Source of the DNA: an uncultured bacterium
Lineage (GTDB): Bacteria > Krumholzibacteriota > Krumholzibacteriia > JACNKJ01
Length of the DNA: 64,000 bases
NCBI GenBank assembly: GCA_963695095.1
Contig: CAVOFT010000001.1
Location: forward strand, 1,056,001 to 1,120,000
Reading direction: 5' to 3'
Shown: piece after piece, positions 28,907-41,631 of the stretch
How the letters are laid out: every line of letters begins with the position of its first letter
Position numbering within the stretch: the first letter of the stretch is position 1
Translations under genes and position numbers: made by a program
Notes under the pieces: model-generated
Told to the model about the DNA's origin: nothing
Database searches by the model: none
The model's input: the letters and a program-made list of their open reading frames with translations, nothing else

Positions 28907-30409
28907 GTGCGCCCGCTCGCGCTGCTGCTGATCTATCTCGCCCTCGCGGGTCTGCTGCTGGCGAAACACGAACCCTGGCGCGACGAGCTGCAGTCCTGGT
29001 CCATCGCCCAGGAAAGCGCGAGTCTCGGCGAGCTGCGCGCCAACACGCGCTACGAGGGGCACCCCAGCGGCTGGTACCTGCTGCTCTTCGCGCTCACGCG
29101 CGTGAGCGGGGACTTCCGCGCGGTCCAGCTTCTCCACCTCGGTCTGATCGCGATCGCCGTGGCCATCCTGCTCTGGCGCGCGCCGCTCAGCGGCTTGCAG
29201 AAGGGCCTGGCGCTCTGCGGCTACTTCCTCTGCTACGAGTACGCCGCGCTCGCGCGGAACTACGCCCTCGGGGTCCTGGCGCTCTTCGCCTTCTGCGCGC
29301 TGGCGCGCAACTGGCGGCGGCACTGGTTGCCCATGGCGCTCTGCCTGGTCGCCATGCTGCAGGCCAATCTCTTCGCGGCCCTGCTCGCCTGCGCGCTCTT
29401 CCTCGCCGTCGGCCTGCACGTGTTCCGCGCGACGCGGCAGGAAGACGCGCTGCGCCGCCGGCTGGCGCTGGGCGCGCTCCTCGTGCTCGGCGGCCTGGTC
29501 CTCAGCGTCCTGGACATGCGGGTGCCCGCGGATTCCGCCTTCATGCCGGACTGGCACTGGCGCGATCCCGCGCTCGCGACCCTGCTGCGCTCGCTGGCCC
29601 ACGCCTTCCTGCCGCTGCCGCGGCTCGAGCTCCACTTCTGGAACACGGGCCTGCTGTCGGCGGCCGGCGGGTCGGCCTGGTTGGAGGTAACCGTGGCGCT
29701 GCTGGCCTTGCCGGCGGCCTTCCTCATCCTGCGCCACCGGCCCATCGCCCTGCTCGCCTTCGGACTCGCCGCCGGCGCCATCTCGCTGTTCCTGGCGGTG
29801 AAGTACACGGGCTTCCTGCGCCACCACGGCCACCTCTTCCTCGCCCTGCTCGCCGCCTACTGGCTGGGGGAAAGCCTGAGCGCTGCTGATGAGCGTCCCG
29901 CCGCGCATCCGAGCGGGCGTCTGCCGCGCCCCGCCCTGCTCACCCTGTTGCTGGCGATCCAGGCGGCCGCCATGCTGCCCGCCGCCTGGTTCGAGCTGCG
30001 GCAGCCCTTCAGTCGCGCGGGCGAAACGGCTGCCTTCATCCGCGCAGGCGGCTGGGAGCGTTGCTTCCTCGTGGGGCAGCCAGACTACGCCGCTTCCTCG
30101 GTGGCCATGCAGCTCGGCCGGTCCATCTACTATCCGGAGAGCGGACGCGCCGGCAGCTACCTGATCTGGGACGCGCAGCGCGACCCGGAGTCGCCGCCGG
30201 ACATCGTGGACGCGGTGACGGCGCTGGCGCGCGAGCAGGGGCGAACCCTGCTCATCACGAACCATCCCTTGCCGACGGAGCGCCTCGGCGCTCGCCTCGA
30301 GGCGGTGGCGAGCTTCGCGCCGGCCATCGAGGCCTCGGAGCAGTACTACCTCTACGCCACCTCCGCGGTCGACTGCGCAGGCGACAGGCGCGACTGGTCT
30401 GCGCTATAA
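28907..30409 (+). CDS. polytopic membrane protein, GT-C-like
   Basis: HEPWRDE, YEGHP, YEYAALARNY; many TM segments. Confidence 0.65.
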   Translation: MRPLALLLIYLALAGLLLAKHEPWRDELQSWSIAQESASLGELRANTRYEGHPSGWYLLLFALTRVSGDFRAVQLLHLGLIAIAVAILLWRAPLSGLQKGLALCGYFLCYEYAALARNYALGVLALFAFCALARNWRRHWLPMALCLVAMLQANLFAALLACALFLAVGLHVFRATRQEDALRRRLALGALLVLGGLVLSVLDMRVPADSAFMPDWHWRDPALATLLRSLAHAFLPLPRLELHFWNTGLLSAAGGSAWLEVTVALLALPAAFLILRHRPIALLAFGLAAGAISLFLAVKYTGFLRHHGHLFLALLAAYWLGESLSAADERPAAHPSGRLPRPALLTLLLAIQAAAMLPAAWFELRQPFSRAGETAAFIRAGGWERCFLVGQPDYAASSVAMQLGRSIYYPESGRAGSYLIWDAQRDPESPPDIVDAVTALAREQGRTLLITNHPLPTERLGARLEAVASFAPAIEASEQYYLYATSAVDCAGDRRDWSAL

Positions 30410-30444
30410 TGAAAGCCCGCCCCAGCCCTGATCGGAGGATCCCC

Positions 30445-32148
30445 ATGCGCCGCCTCGCCCTCGCCGGCCTTCTGCTCATGCTTGCCGCCGCCGCCCACGC
30501 TGAAATGCCTCTCGGCACTGCGCCCGCCTGGACCAGCACTGCGCTCGGGCACGTCGCCACGGGCGGTGGCTGGGCGGACCTCGACGGCGATGGCTGGGTG
30601 GACCTGGTGGCCGCCAACGGCAACGACATCTACCGGCAGAGCGTGGTGGTCTACCGGAACGACGGCTTCGGCAATCTGCCGCTGGCGCCGAGCTGGAGCT
30701 CCAGCGATGTGGACTACCACGGGCACCTGGATCTGGGCGACGTGAACGGCGACGGCCTCATCGACCTGGTGGTGGGCGTCTACCTCGGCCCGGCGGGCTT
30801 CGGCGACCCGGGCAAGGCCAAGCTCTATCTCGGCAACGGCACGGGCGGCTTCAGCGCGACGCCGACCTGGACGGCGGCCACGCCCTTCTACTGCTTCCGC
30901 GTCGCCCTGGGCGACGTGAACGGCGACGGGCGCCTGGATCTGGCCTGCTCGGCCGGCGAGTCCTACGATGGCCACCCCGAGCGCCTGCGCGTCTACTTCA
31001 ACACGGGCGGCAGCTTCCCGGCGACGCCGAGCTGGCAGAGCGACGACAGCGGCTACGCGCTGGACGTGACCTGGGCGGACGTGGACCTCGACGGCGACCT
31101 CGACCTCGCCGCTTCCGGTGAGATCAGCCCGAACCGAGTCTACTTCAACCAGCTCACCGAGGGCGGCGGGCTGGACACGACCGCCGGCTGGACGAGTGCG
31201 GACGCGCCGAGCTACGCCAACACCATCGCCTTCGGCGACTGGAACGGCGACGGCTATCCCGACCTCGCCGTGGCCGACAACAACCAGCTCGGCGGCGTGG
31301 GGCGCTTCAAGGTCTACGCGAACACGCTGGGCACGCTGGCGGGCACGCCGGCCTGGCTCAGCAGCAACGGCGGCTACGGCTCGCACGTGAGCTGGGCGGA
31401 CCTCGACCTCGACGGCGACCCGGACCTCGCCGCCGGCCGCTGGTGGGGCGCCGTGCGCCTGTACGAGAACACCGGCGGCGGCCTGACGGCGGCCCCGGTG
31501 TGGACGAGCAGCACGAGCAGCGTGATCGAGAACCTCTTCTGGGAGGACGTGGACAACGACGGCCTCGCCGCCGACGGCCTGACGACGGCCCTGGGCGACG
31601 GCGCGCGCCAGGGCGTGCAGCTCGCCGCGGCGCCGGTGCGCGAGGTGCTGAGCGTGACGGTGGACGGCGCGCCGCTGGCCGCGAGCGACTACGTGCTGCA
31701 CCCGGCCACGGGCTGGCTGGCCCTGGCCGCTGCGCCCGCGCCGGGCGCCCAGATCGCCGTGGCCTTCCGCTACTCGCGCGACCTCGACCTCGGTTGCACC
31801 AACTGGGACTCGAACGTGGGCAACTACCTCTTCCTCAACACGGGTACCCTCGTGAGTGCGCCGGAGGCGACGCCGCTGGGCTTCAGCCTGGCCGCCTCGC
31901 CCAATCCCCTGCACACGCGCACGGTCTTTCGCTACCGCGGCGAAGGGGCCAGCCGGGCTGCGCTGGACGTCTTCGACCTGCAGGGCCGCCGCGTGCGCAG
32001 CCTGCACGCGGGCGCGCTGGCCGGCGGGCTGCTGAGCTGGGAGTGGGATGCGCGGGACGAGCGCGGCGTTCGCATGGCGGCCGGCGTCTACTTCGCGCGC
32101 TTCGTGGCCGACGGCCGGCAGGCGAGCGTGAAGCTGATCCTGCTCTAG
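30445..32148 (+). CDS. FG-GAP/VCBS repeat secreted protein with FlgD-Ig tail
   Basis: Repeated (W/G)D(L/V)(D/N)GDG..DL; SPNP...VFDLQGRRV...WDARD. Confidence 0.88.
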   Translation: MRRLALAGLLLMLAAAAHAEMPLGTAPAWTSTALGHVATGGGWADLDGDGWVDLVAANGNDIYRQSVVVYRNDGFGNLPLAPSWSSSDVDYHGHLDLGDVNGDGLIDLVVGVYLGPAGFGDPGKAKLYLGNGTGGFSATPTWTAATPFYCFRVALGDVNGDGRLDLACSAGESYDGHPERLRVYFNTGGSFPATPSWQSDDSGYALDVTWADVDLDGDLDLAASGEISPNRVYFNQLTEGGGLDTTAGWTSADAPSYANTIAFGDWNGDGYPDLAVADNNQLGGVGRFKVYANTLGTLAGTPAWLSSNGGYGSHVSWADLDLDGDPDLAAGRWWGAVRLYENTGGGLTAAPVWTSSTSSVIENLFWEDVDNDGLAADGLTTALGDGARQGVQLAAAPVREVLSVTVDGAPLAASDYVLHPATGWLALAAAPAPGAQIAVAFRYSRDLDLGCTNWDSNVGNYLFLNTGTLVSAPEATPLGFSLAASPNPLHTRTVFRYRGEGASRAALDVFDLQGRRVRSLHAGALAGGLLSWEWDARDERGVRMAAGVYFARFVADGRQASVKLILL

Positions 32149-32456
32149 CTTTCGTCGATCGTGTACATCCACCAGCGCGGGCCGCGGCCGGCGTCGCGGG
32201 CCCGGCGCTGGAAGTAGAGCACGACCGTGGCGCCGCAGGCCGTGCGCAGGCGGAACCAGTGCCGGCGCAGGTACTGCTCGCTCTCGAAGCTGCGCGGAGT
32301 GAGTTCGCGCCAGCGCTCCAGCTCCGCGACGACGCTGAAGTCCCGGTTCCGCCAGCGAAAGCGGGCGGGCGGCGAGGGCTCTCCAGACGCCATGGCCGTG
32401 GCGTCGAAAGTTGCCGCGTCGGGGGAGATGGCCTCGCTGATGAAGCGCTCTGGCAT
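32145..32456 (-). CDS. DUF6504-like small protein
   Basis: FISEAI...MASGEP..P.RFRWR...YLRRHWF...WWMY. Confidence 0.7.
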   Translation of the reverse strand: MPERFISEAISPDAATFDATAMASGEPSPPARFRWRNRDFSVVAELERWRELTPRSFESEQYLRRHWFRLRTACGATVVLYFQRRARDAGRGPRWWMYTIDES

Positions 32457-32482
32457 GGCGACAGACTAGCAGACGGCAGCGC

Positions 32483-33376
32483 TCAGCGGCCCAGGAAGAT
32501 CCCGAGGGCGAGCAGGAGGGGCGTCGCCAGGTTCAGCAGCACGTTCTGGCCCATGGCGGGGATCAGCGCGGGCGTGTTCGCGTGGTGGCGCCGCGCGCCG
32601 CGCCAGGCGGCCAACGCCAGCGGCGCGGTCAAGAGCCCCAGCAGCGCCAGCCAGGGCAGGATACCAAGAGCAACGCCGGCGAGGATGCTCAGGTAGGCCC
32701 CGGCCAGGAAGAGCCCGTAGACGCGCACGCCGGCCTCGGGCCCGTGGACGATGATGAGGTGCCGCCGGCCCGCCGCCGCGTCGGCCGCGGCATCGGGGAA
32801 CTGGTTGAGCAAGAGCAGGTCGCTTACGAGGAAGAAGGGCGTCAGCGAGGCGAGCGCGGCGGCGATGCTATACGAGCCGGTCAGGGCGAAGTCCGTGCCC
32901 ATCACCATGCAGGGGCCGAAGCCCAGGCCCGGCGCCAGCAGGCAGAGCAGCGGCGAGCGCGTGAGCCAGCGCGTGTAGAGCAGGATGGCGAGCAGGCCGA
33001 GCAGGCCGAGGGGCAGCAGGTCCCAGCCCCAGCGCAGCAGGAAGCGCAGGCCCACGGCGGCGGTCACCGCCACCGCCACGAGCGCCACGGCCAGTGCGCC
33101 GCGGCTGGCCTCGGGGTGCGCGGGCAAGGTCCCGCTGCCCCCGCTGAAGGGCGTGCGCTCGGTGCGCAGGTCGACGCCGCTGCGGAAGTCATCCCATTCG
33201 TTCAGCGCATTCACGGCGACATGCGCCGCCAGCCCGCCGAGGAGGGCGAGCAGGCCGTCCGCCCAGGCGAGGGGGCTGCTGTGGAGCGCAGCGCAGGCGG
33301 CGCCGAGCAGCACGCAGGCCGGCACCAGGGCGAGGAAGGGCACGCGCATGGGGCCGAGGAGGGTGGCCGCGCTCAT
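32483..33376 (-). CDS. UbiA/MenA family prenyltransferase
   Basis: NALNEWDDFRSGVD, FSGGSG, NQFPDAAAD. Confidence 0.88.
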   Translation of the reverse strand: MSAATLLGPMRVPFLALVPACVLLGAACAALHSSPLAWADGLLALLGGLAAHVAVNALNEWDDFRSGVDLRTERTPFSGGSGTLPAHPEASRGALAVALVAVAVTAAVGLRFLLRWGWDLLPLGLLGLLAILLYTRWLTRSPLLCLLAPGLGFGPCMVMGTDFALTGSYSIAAALASLTPFFLVSDLLLLNQFPDAAADAAAGRRHLIIVHGPEAGVRVYGLFLAGAYLSILAGVALGILPWLALLGLLTAPLALAAWRGARRHHANTPALIPAMGQNVLLNLATPLLLALGIFLGR

Positions 33377-33524
33377 CTGAAGAGAGAGCAGGCGCGATCG
33401 CTGCCGTGGCCGGGCTGCTTCATCGTCATCCTCCCGCTGGCCGGCGGAGCGCGGGAAGCGCCGCTGCCGGAGACGGAGCGAGTATAGCGTCGCGGGCTAT
33501 GGCTGTCATGCAGCGATGGGCCTC

Positions 33525-33590
33525 GGCCCAGCCGGCTGGACAGCCCAGAACCGAGGCCGCGCGCCGGGGCCCTTGTCACGTGACAAGAGC
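33525..33590 (-). repeat. bipartite repeat element: CTTGTCACGTGACAAG (33572-33587) plus CCAGCCGGCTGG (33528-33539)
   Basis: Read directly; collinear with 42531-42593. Confidence 0.85.
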
Positions 33591-33593
33591 CCG

Positions 33594-34682
33594 CTAGCCG
33601 CCGAGGAAGAAGCTGCGCCCCGCGTCCATGATGCGGCGGAAGGCCTCGCGATCGCCGCCGGCGACGGCGCCGAGGATCTCGTCGAGGGCCCTGTGCAGCT
33701 CCGCGGCGAGGGCGGGCGTGTTCGCGTTGAGCTGCTGGATCTCGAAGTAGAGGTCCGGGTTCTCGCGCAGCACGTCGCGGGCGGTGGCGTTCTGCTTGCC
33801 GAAGGTGGTGGAGGCCACCTCGCCCAGGCGGCGGTAGTCCAGGCCGCTCGCGCCGAGCACGCGGCCGTAGAGGATGTTCACGAGGTGGGCGAGGCCGAGC
33901 ACGTAGCCCATGTGGCGGTCGTGCTCCTCGAGCGGCAGCTCCACGAGATGCGCGCCTACGCCCACGAAGAGCTGCTTCGCCTGGGCGAGGGCCGCCCGGT
34001 TGCCGCAGTCGCAGAAGAGCACGTTGCGGCCGATGAGGTGGGCCGCGTCCGGCCCGAACATGGGATGCAGGCTGGCCACGCGCAGGCCACGGGCGGCCGC
34101 CGCGCGCAGGGGCGCCACCAGGGGCGATTTCAGCGAGGCGATGTCTAGAATCAGCCCGCGGTGCCGGGCGGGGTCCAGCGCCTCGAGCAGGCCGGGGATG
34201 CTCGCGATCGGCGTGGAGAGCACGAGCAGCTCGGCGCCCGCGGCCGCCGCGAGATCGGGGATGCTCTCGTAGGCGCCGCCCCCGGGGGCGGGGTCGAGCA
34301 CGCGCACGCGGTGGCCGCCCGCGTGGAGGTAGTCGCAGAGCCAGCGGCCCATCTTGCCCTTGCCGCCGACGACCACGGCCTCGCCCCGCTCACCGCCGCC
34401 GCCGCGGTCGGCGAGCCCGGCCTGCAGCTTCACCGCGTGATCGATGAGCAGGCCGGCCAGGGCGTCGCCGAACTCGGGATCCACGCCCCGGGCGGCGCAG
34501 CCGGCGCGCAGGCGCTCGAGCACCTGGGCCTCCACGGGGAAGTTGCGCACGGGCAGGCCGCGCGCGCTCTTGATGCGGCCCAGCTCGGTGGCGGCCTCCA
34601 GCCGGCGGGACACGGCGGCGAGGATCTCCTCGTCGCAGCGGGCGATCTCGTCGCGGAGGGCGTCGAGGCGGGGGTCGGTCAT
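33594..34682 (-). CDS. tyrA: chorismate mutase/prephenate dehydrogenase
   Basis: CM domain LRDEIARCD..RR; GGKGKMG, DIASLK, SLHPMFGP, EEHDRHM. Confidence 0.88.
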   Translation of the reverse strand: MTDPRLDALRDEIARCDEEILAAVSRRLEAATELGRIKSARGLPVRNFPVEAQVLERLRAGCAARGVDPEFGDALAGLLIDHAVKLQAGLADRGGGGERGEAVVVGGKGKMGRWLCDYLHAGGHRVRVLDPAPGGGAYESIPDLAAAAGAELLVLSTPIASIPGLLEALDPARHRGLILDIASLKSPLVAPLRAAAARGLRVASLHPMFGPDAAHLIGRNVLFCDCGNRAALAQAKQLFVGVGAHLVELPLEEHDRHMGYVLGLAHLVNILYGRVLGASGLDYRRLGEVASTTFGKQNATARDVLRENPDLYFEIQQLNANTPALAAELHRALDEILGAVAGGDREAFRRIMDAGRSFFLGG

Positions 34683-35341
34683 TACACGCCCCGCGGGGGG
34701 ACTGCGCCGAGGAGCACCAGCGCTTCCGCAACGAGCGTCGCCGCGAGCACGCTCGCCAGCGTGCCGAGCAGGAAGTACTCGGCGAACTCGGGATCCTTCT
34801 CGAAGCGCTCGTGACGAGCGAGGGCTTTAGCCGCCATGAGGAAGGCCATGGCCGCATACTCGCCCCGGGCCAGCACGACGAGCAGGATCCAGCGCTCGAG
34901 GATGCCGATCGCCTCTCCGCGGCCGTGGCTGGCGACGGCCGCGGCGTAGGGCTTGCCCATCAGCTCCATGCCCCAGCGCAAGAGGCGTGTGGTCGGATCG
35001 GCCAGCAGCAGGAGGGCCACCAGCCAGGGCCAGACGCCCGCTGCGGCCGGGCCGTTCGCCTTCGTCGTCAGGAGCTGCAGGACTGCAGTTGAACCCAGGG
35101 CCAGCAGCGCCAGCAGGTGCCAGCCGCTCTTGCGGGGCGCTCGCCACCACAGGAGGATGGCGACGCCGCCACCCAGGAGCGCCGCTGTGAATGCGGACCA
35201 GCTCTCAACCTGGATGCCGCCCAGCCAGGCGATCAGTGCCAGCGCGGCCAGCATGACGCCGGCGAGCGCCAGGCCATGCCGCCAGATGCGCACGAGGTTG
35301 GCGCCGGCCAGCGTGGTGGTCAGCAAGATCCATCCGGTCAC
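34682..35341 (-). CDS. DUF3307/SatE-like membrane protein
   Basis: GEAIGILER, FLMAAKALARH, AEYFLLGTLAS. Confidence 0.75.
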   Translation of the reverse strand: MTGWILLTTTLAGANLVRIWRHGLALAGVMLAALALIAWLGGIQVESWSAFTAALLGGGVAILLWWRAPRKSGWHLLALLALGSTAVLQLLTTKANGPAAAGVWPWLVALLLLADPTTRLLRWGMELMGKPYAAAVASHGRGEAIGILERWILLVVLARGEYAAMAFLMAAKALARHERFEKDPEFAEYFLLGTLASVLAATLVAEALVLLGAVPPRGV

Positions 35342-35356
35342 GCTCCGCCTCCCAGT

Positions 35357-36004
35357 TCAAGGCATCAGTTCCAGAAGACCCTTTTCGAGAGCCTGCGATG
35401 CGCGCTCATAGAGGCTCCAGCCGGCGGCCTTCTGGCGCAGGCTCACGGCGCTGGGGCTGATCTTCAAGACCTCGGCCACTTGCTTCCAGGATCGTCCACC
35501 TTCGAAGAGCGCGATGGCTTGAGCTTGCGCCGATGTCCAGCTCATCCGTTGGCGCAGCACATAGGAGGCCAAGGTGCTCCAGAGGATGGCGTCGCCCTGT
35601 TGGGTGTCGAGTTGGCAGGGCAGATCGAGCGCGCGGGCACGCTCGAGCGCCGCGCGCGCGCGGTGGAAGCAGGGACCGTCCATGCCTAGAGCCTCTTCGC
35701 GGAGCTCTGTGCTCAGAGCCCCGAGGCCGAGTCCGAAACGCACGGCCGTGGGCCTGGCCAAGTCCAGGACTTCAGGGATGAAAGCCAGTAGCGCGCGGCA
35801 TCCCGCGGCGTCAGCAGGGAAGAGCGCCTGGAACTCATCCCCGATGGTGACCAGTGGCCAGGCCGCGAAGCCTGTGCGCGTCTCGGCTCTGACGGCGGCG
35901 AAGTGCCGGCCAAGCTGTGCCTGGAGCCGGCCCCGCGCATCCGGCTTCAGTGCCCGGGAGGCGACGAGGTCTCCGATGAGGGCGATGTAGGCTGGATCGC
36001 TCAT
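35357..36004 (-). CDS. satD: SatD family protein (nucleotide-cyclase-like fold plus C-terminal HTH)
   Basis: ALIGDLVAS, TIGDEFQ, RFGLGLG, DGPCFHRAR, KQVAEVLKISPSAVS. Confidence 0.85.
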   Translation of the reverse strand: MSDPAYIALIGDLVASRALKPDARGRLQAQLGRHFAAVRAETRTGFAAWPLVTIGDEFQALFPADAAGCRALLAFIPEVLDLARPTAVRFGLGLGALSTELREEALGMDGPCFHRARAALERARALDLPCQLDTQQGDAILWSTLASYVLRQRMSWTSAQAQAIALFEGGRSWKQVAEVLKISPSAVSLRQKAAGWSLYERASQALEKGLLELMP

Positions 36005-36010
36005 GGACTT

Positions 36011-36125
36011 AGTTAAGCCTTTGGACTTAATTCCGTCAAGTTGATTCAATAGGCTCAACTAACTTCGATTGCAAGAATTAAGTCTCAAAGCTCAATTCTT
36101 TGAAGTTGAGCCTAGAGGCTAAACT
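36011..36125. promoter_or_regulatory. array of four 22-bp imperfect palindromes (operator-like)
   Basis: Units at 36011, 36039, 36076, 36104; consensus ARTTRAGYCT-N2-AGGCTYAAYT. Confidence 0.75.
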
Positions 36126-36317
36126 CCCGACCTTCCCTGGCGCGCGGAAGAGCCTAGCCAGCGACCACCCGCCGCCAGGGCTACCGCGCGCGGTAGGCCA
36201 TGCTGCGCCAGAGCCGCCAACGCCGAGCCGCATTGCGCCGGTGACGCGGCGGAGCGTGAAGAAGGGGAAGGCTGCGAGCGGCCCCGGCGGTCGTGACCCG
36301 CGCAGGGTGGCCCGGGC

Positions 36318-36337
36318 GACTTGTCACGTGACAAGTC
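36318..36337. repeat. 20-bp palindrome GACTTGTCACGTGACAAGTC
   Basis: Read directly; identical to 23461-23480. Confidence 0.95.
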
Positions 36338-36358
36338 CCGCAGGTTGCCGGCGCTCTA

Positions 36359-36964
36359 CTAGTCCCAGAACGCCAGCCCGACTTGCAGCGAATAGCCAGG
36401 GCAGTACGGAAAGCTGTCGGGGCCAACGCTCCAGGCATCCAGCGCTTCGGCGCGCAGGGTGAAACCGAGGGAGCGCCGAAAGCGCCACTGAGCGCTGAGG
36501 CCGAGGCTGGCCAGCCCCCCGCCATCCCACATGGAGCCTAACCCGAAGCTGGCCAGGCCCAGGCCGCACTCCACGCGGACTCCCCAGTTCCTTCCCACTA
36601 GGACCGGCGCGCCGAGCAGGAGGCTCAACGAGAAGCACCCGCTCTCGATCCTGGCCGTCGCGCCTGGAGGCGGCTCGCCGCTGGGATCCAGTTCCACCGC
36701 GCCCGAGGCGGTGCTTCCGGCGATTCCCCAGCGAACTCCGCGATCGTCGGGGCCGCGAAAGCCTGGCCAGAAGGCAAGCCGGGCGCCGTGGTAGGGCCTT
36801 GCGATGTAAGCGGCGCCGCCGGGGAAGGGCGCGCTCTCGGTGTCGAAGGCCGCGCCGCGCAGGGCGAGCAAGCTGACTTCGCTGGCTCGGACCTGAGTGG
36901 CGGCGAGGAGGGCCGCCCCGACCAGCGCCAGGATCAGGAACCCTCGCAGCCCTCTGCTCGCCAT
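36359..36964 (-). CDS. hypothetical exported protein, possible small beta-barrel
   Basis: Signal peptide; alternating strands; C-terminal [11 protein letters not shown]. Confidence 0.55.
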   Translation of the reverse strand: MASRGLRGFLILALVGAALLAATQVRASEVSLLALRGAAFDTESAPFPGGAAYIARPYHGARLAFWPGFRGPDDRGVRWGIAGSTASGAVELDPSGEPPPGATARIESGCFSLSLLLGAPVLVGRNWGVRVECGLGLASFGLGSMWDGGGLASLGLSAQWRFRRSLGFTLRAEALDAWSVGPDSFPYCPGYSLQVGLAFWD

Positions 36965-37196
36965 CCCCTTGCCTCCTCCTGAACCTCGAGCTCCCCAGGG
37001 GCCGACCCGAGGAGTCTCCGCCACTGCTGCTCGTGCGTCAACCTCAACCCCTGCCTGGACTTGCGCCAGCCGTCCGCCGGCGGCAGGGCCAGCCCCCGGG
37101 GGCGGGTCGGCGCGCTTGCATCCCCTTTGCCTTGCCTTCATAATGCCGCCTTCCGGCGCCACGCCGGCCGGCGGAGCTGTGCACAAAGGCAGGGTC

Positions 37197-38811
<1,615 letters not shown>

Positions 38812-38816
38812 CGGCG

Positions 38817-39599
38817 ATGAGCGAAGCCCTTACTTGGACCCTCGCGGATCACGTGGCCACGGTCACGCTGAACCGGCCCGAGCTGCACAACGCCTTCGAC
38901 GACGCGCTGATGCAGGCGCTCACCGCGCGCTTCCAGGCGCTCGCCGCCGACAGCGTCGTGCGCGTCATCGTGCTGGCCGCCGCGGGCAAGAGCTTCTCGG
39001 CCGGCGCCGACCTGGCCTGGATGAAGCGCATGGCGGGCTACTCCTACGCCGAGAACCTGGCCGACGCTGGCCTCCTCGGCGACATGCTCGAGGCCATCCA
39101 CGCCGCGCCGCAGCCCGTGATCGCCCGCGTGCAGGGCGCGGCCTTCGGCGGCGGCGTCGGCCTCGTGGCCGCCTGCGACATCGCCCTGGGCACGGAGCGC
39201 GCGAGCTTCTGCCTCAGCGAGGTGAAGCTGGGCATCGTGCCGGCGATGATCAGCCCCTATCTTGTAGCGCGCATCGGGCCCGGCGCGGCGCGGCGTTACT
39301 CGCTCACGGCCGAGCGTTTCGACGCTGCCACCGCCCAGCGCCTCGGCCTGCTCGCCGAGGTCTACCGGGACGAGGCGGCGCTGGACGCCGCCCTCGCCGC
39401 CCTCTGCGCGCAGCTCAAGCAAAACGGCCCCGCCGCGCTGGCCGCCTGCAAAGACCTCTACGACTGCGTCAGTGGCGCACCGGCTCTCCACCGCGAAGAG
39501 ACCCAGCGCCGCATCGCCGAGATCCGTGTGTCCCCCGAAGGCCAGGAGGGCATCGCCGCCTTCCTGGCCAAGCGGCCGCCGAACTGGCAAGGGGATTGA
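38817..39599 (+). CDS. liuC: methylglutaconyl-CoA hydratase (crotonase family)
   Basis: [31 protein letters not shown]; operon context. Confidence 0.88.
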   Translation: MSEALTWTLADHVATVTLNRPELHNAFDDALMQALTARFQALAADSVVRVIVLAAAGKSFSAGADLAWMKRMAGYSYAENLADAGLLGDMLEAIHAAPQPVIARVQGAAFGGGVGLVAACDIALGTERASFCLSEVKLGIVPAMISPYLVARIGPGAARRYSLTAERFDAATAQRLGLLAEVYRDEAALDAALAALCAQLKQNGPAALAACKDLYDCVSGAPALHREETQRRIAEIRVSPEGQEGIAAFLAKRPPNWQGD

Positions 39600-39601
39600 G
39601 C

Positions 39602-41094
<1,493 letters not shown>

Positions 41095-41095
<1 letters not shown>

Positions 41096-41631
41096 TGGCG
41101 ACGATCAAGCTCAGACCCGCCGCGGGCGGCGAGGCGACCAGCGTCAGCCTGGAGCGCGCGGACCAGAAGCCCGGCGTCAGCCACTTCGCGCAGATCAACG
41201 GCAAGCGGCAGCCCGTGGAGCTGGAGCTGCTCGGCACGGGCGAGGGCTGGCTGCGCGTGGGGGACCGCGTGCAGCCCTTCTTCTGCCATCGCGAGGGAGA
41301 CCACCTGCAGCTCTGGCTGGCCGGCCGCGTGCATGCGGTGGAGATCGTGAGGGATACGCCGCAGCGATCCAGCGCCGAAGCGGGCGCGCCGCGCAGCGCC
41401 TCGCTCACCGCGCCCATGCCGGGGGCCGTGCTGAAGGTGCTCACCGCGCCGGGCAAGCGCTTCAAGGCCCACGAGCCGCTCGTGATCATGGAGTCGATGA
41501 AGATGGAGCTGACGCTCTCGCTGCCCCATGCCGGCCGCGTGCGCAAGCTCTCCTGCGAGGTGGGCGAGCTGGTGGAGCTGGGCGCCGTGCTCGTCGAACT
41601 GGAGGAGGCGGCGGCCGCCGCGCATGCCTGA
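41095..41631 (+). CDS. biotin carboxyl carrier protein (BT-like plus biotinyl domain)
   Basis: APMPG...ESMKME; start overlaps the previous stop (TGATG). Confidence 0.88.

Noticed and set aside
36011..36125. AT-rich repeats as a CRISPR array
   Set aside because: The units are degenerate palindromes with 6-15 nt gaps, there are no spacers of CRISPR length, and no cas genes are present.
36181..36196. 16-bp palindrome CTACCGCGCGCGGTAG
   Set aside because: Single copy with a low-complexity GC core; no function can be supported.
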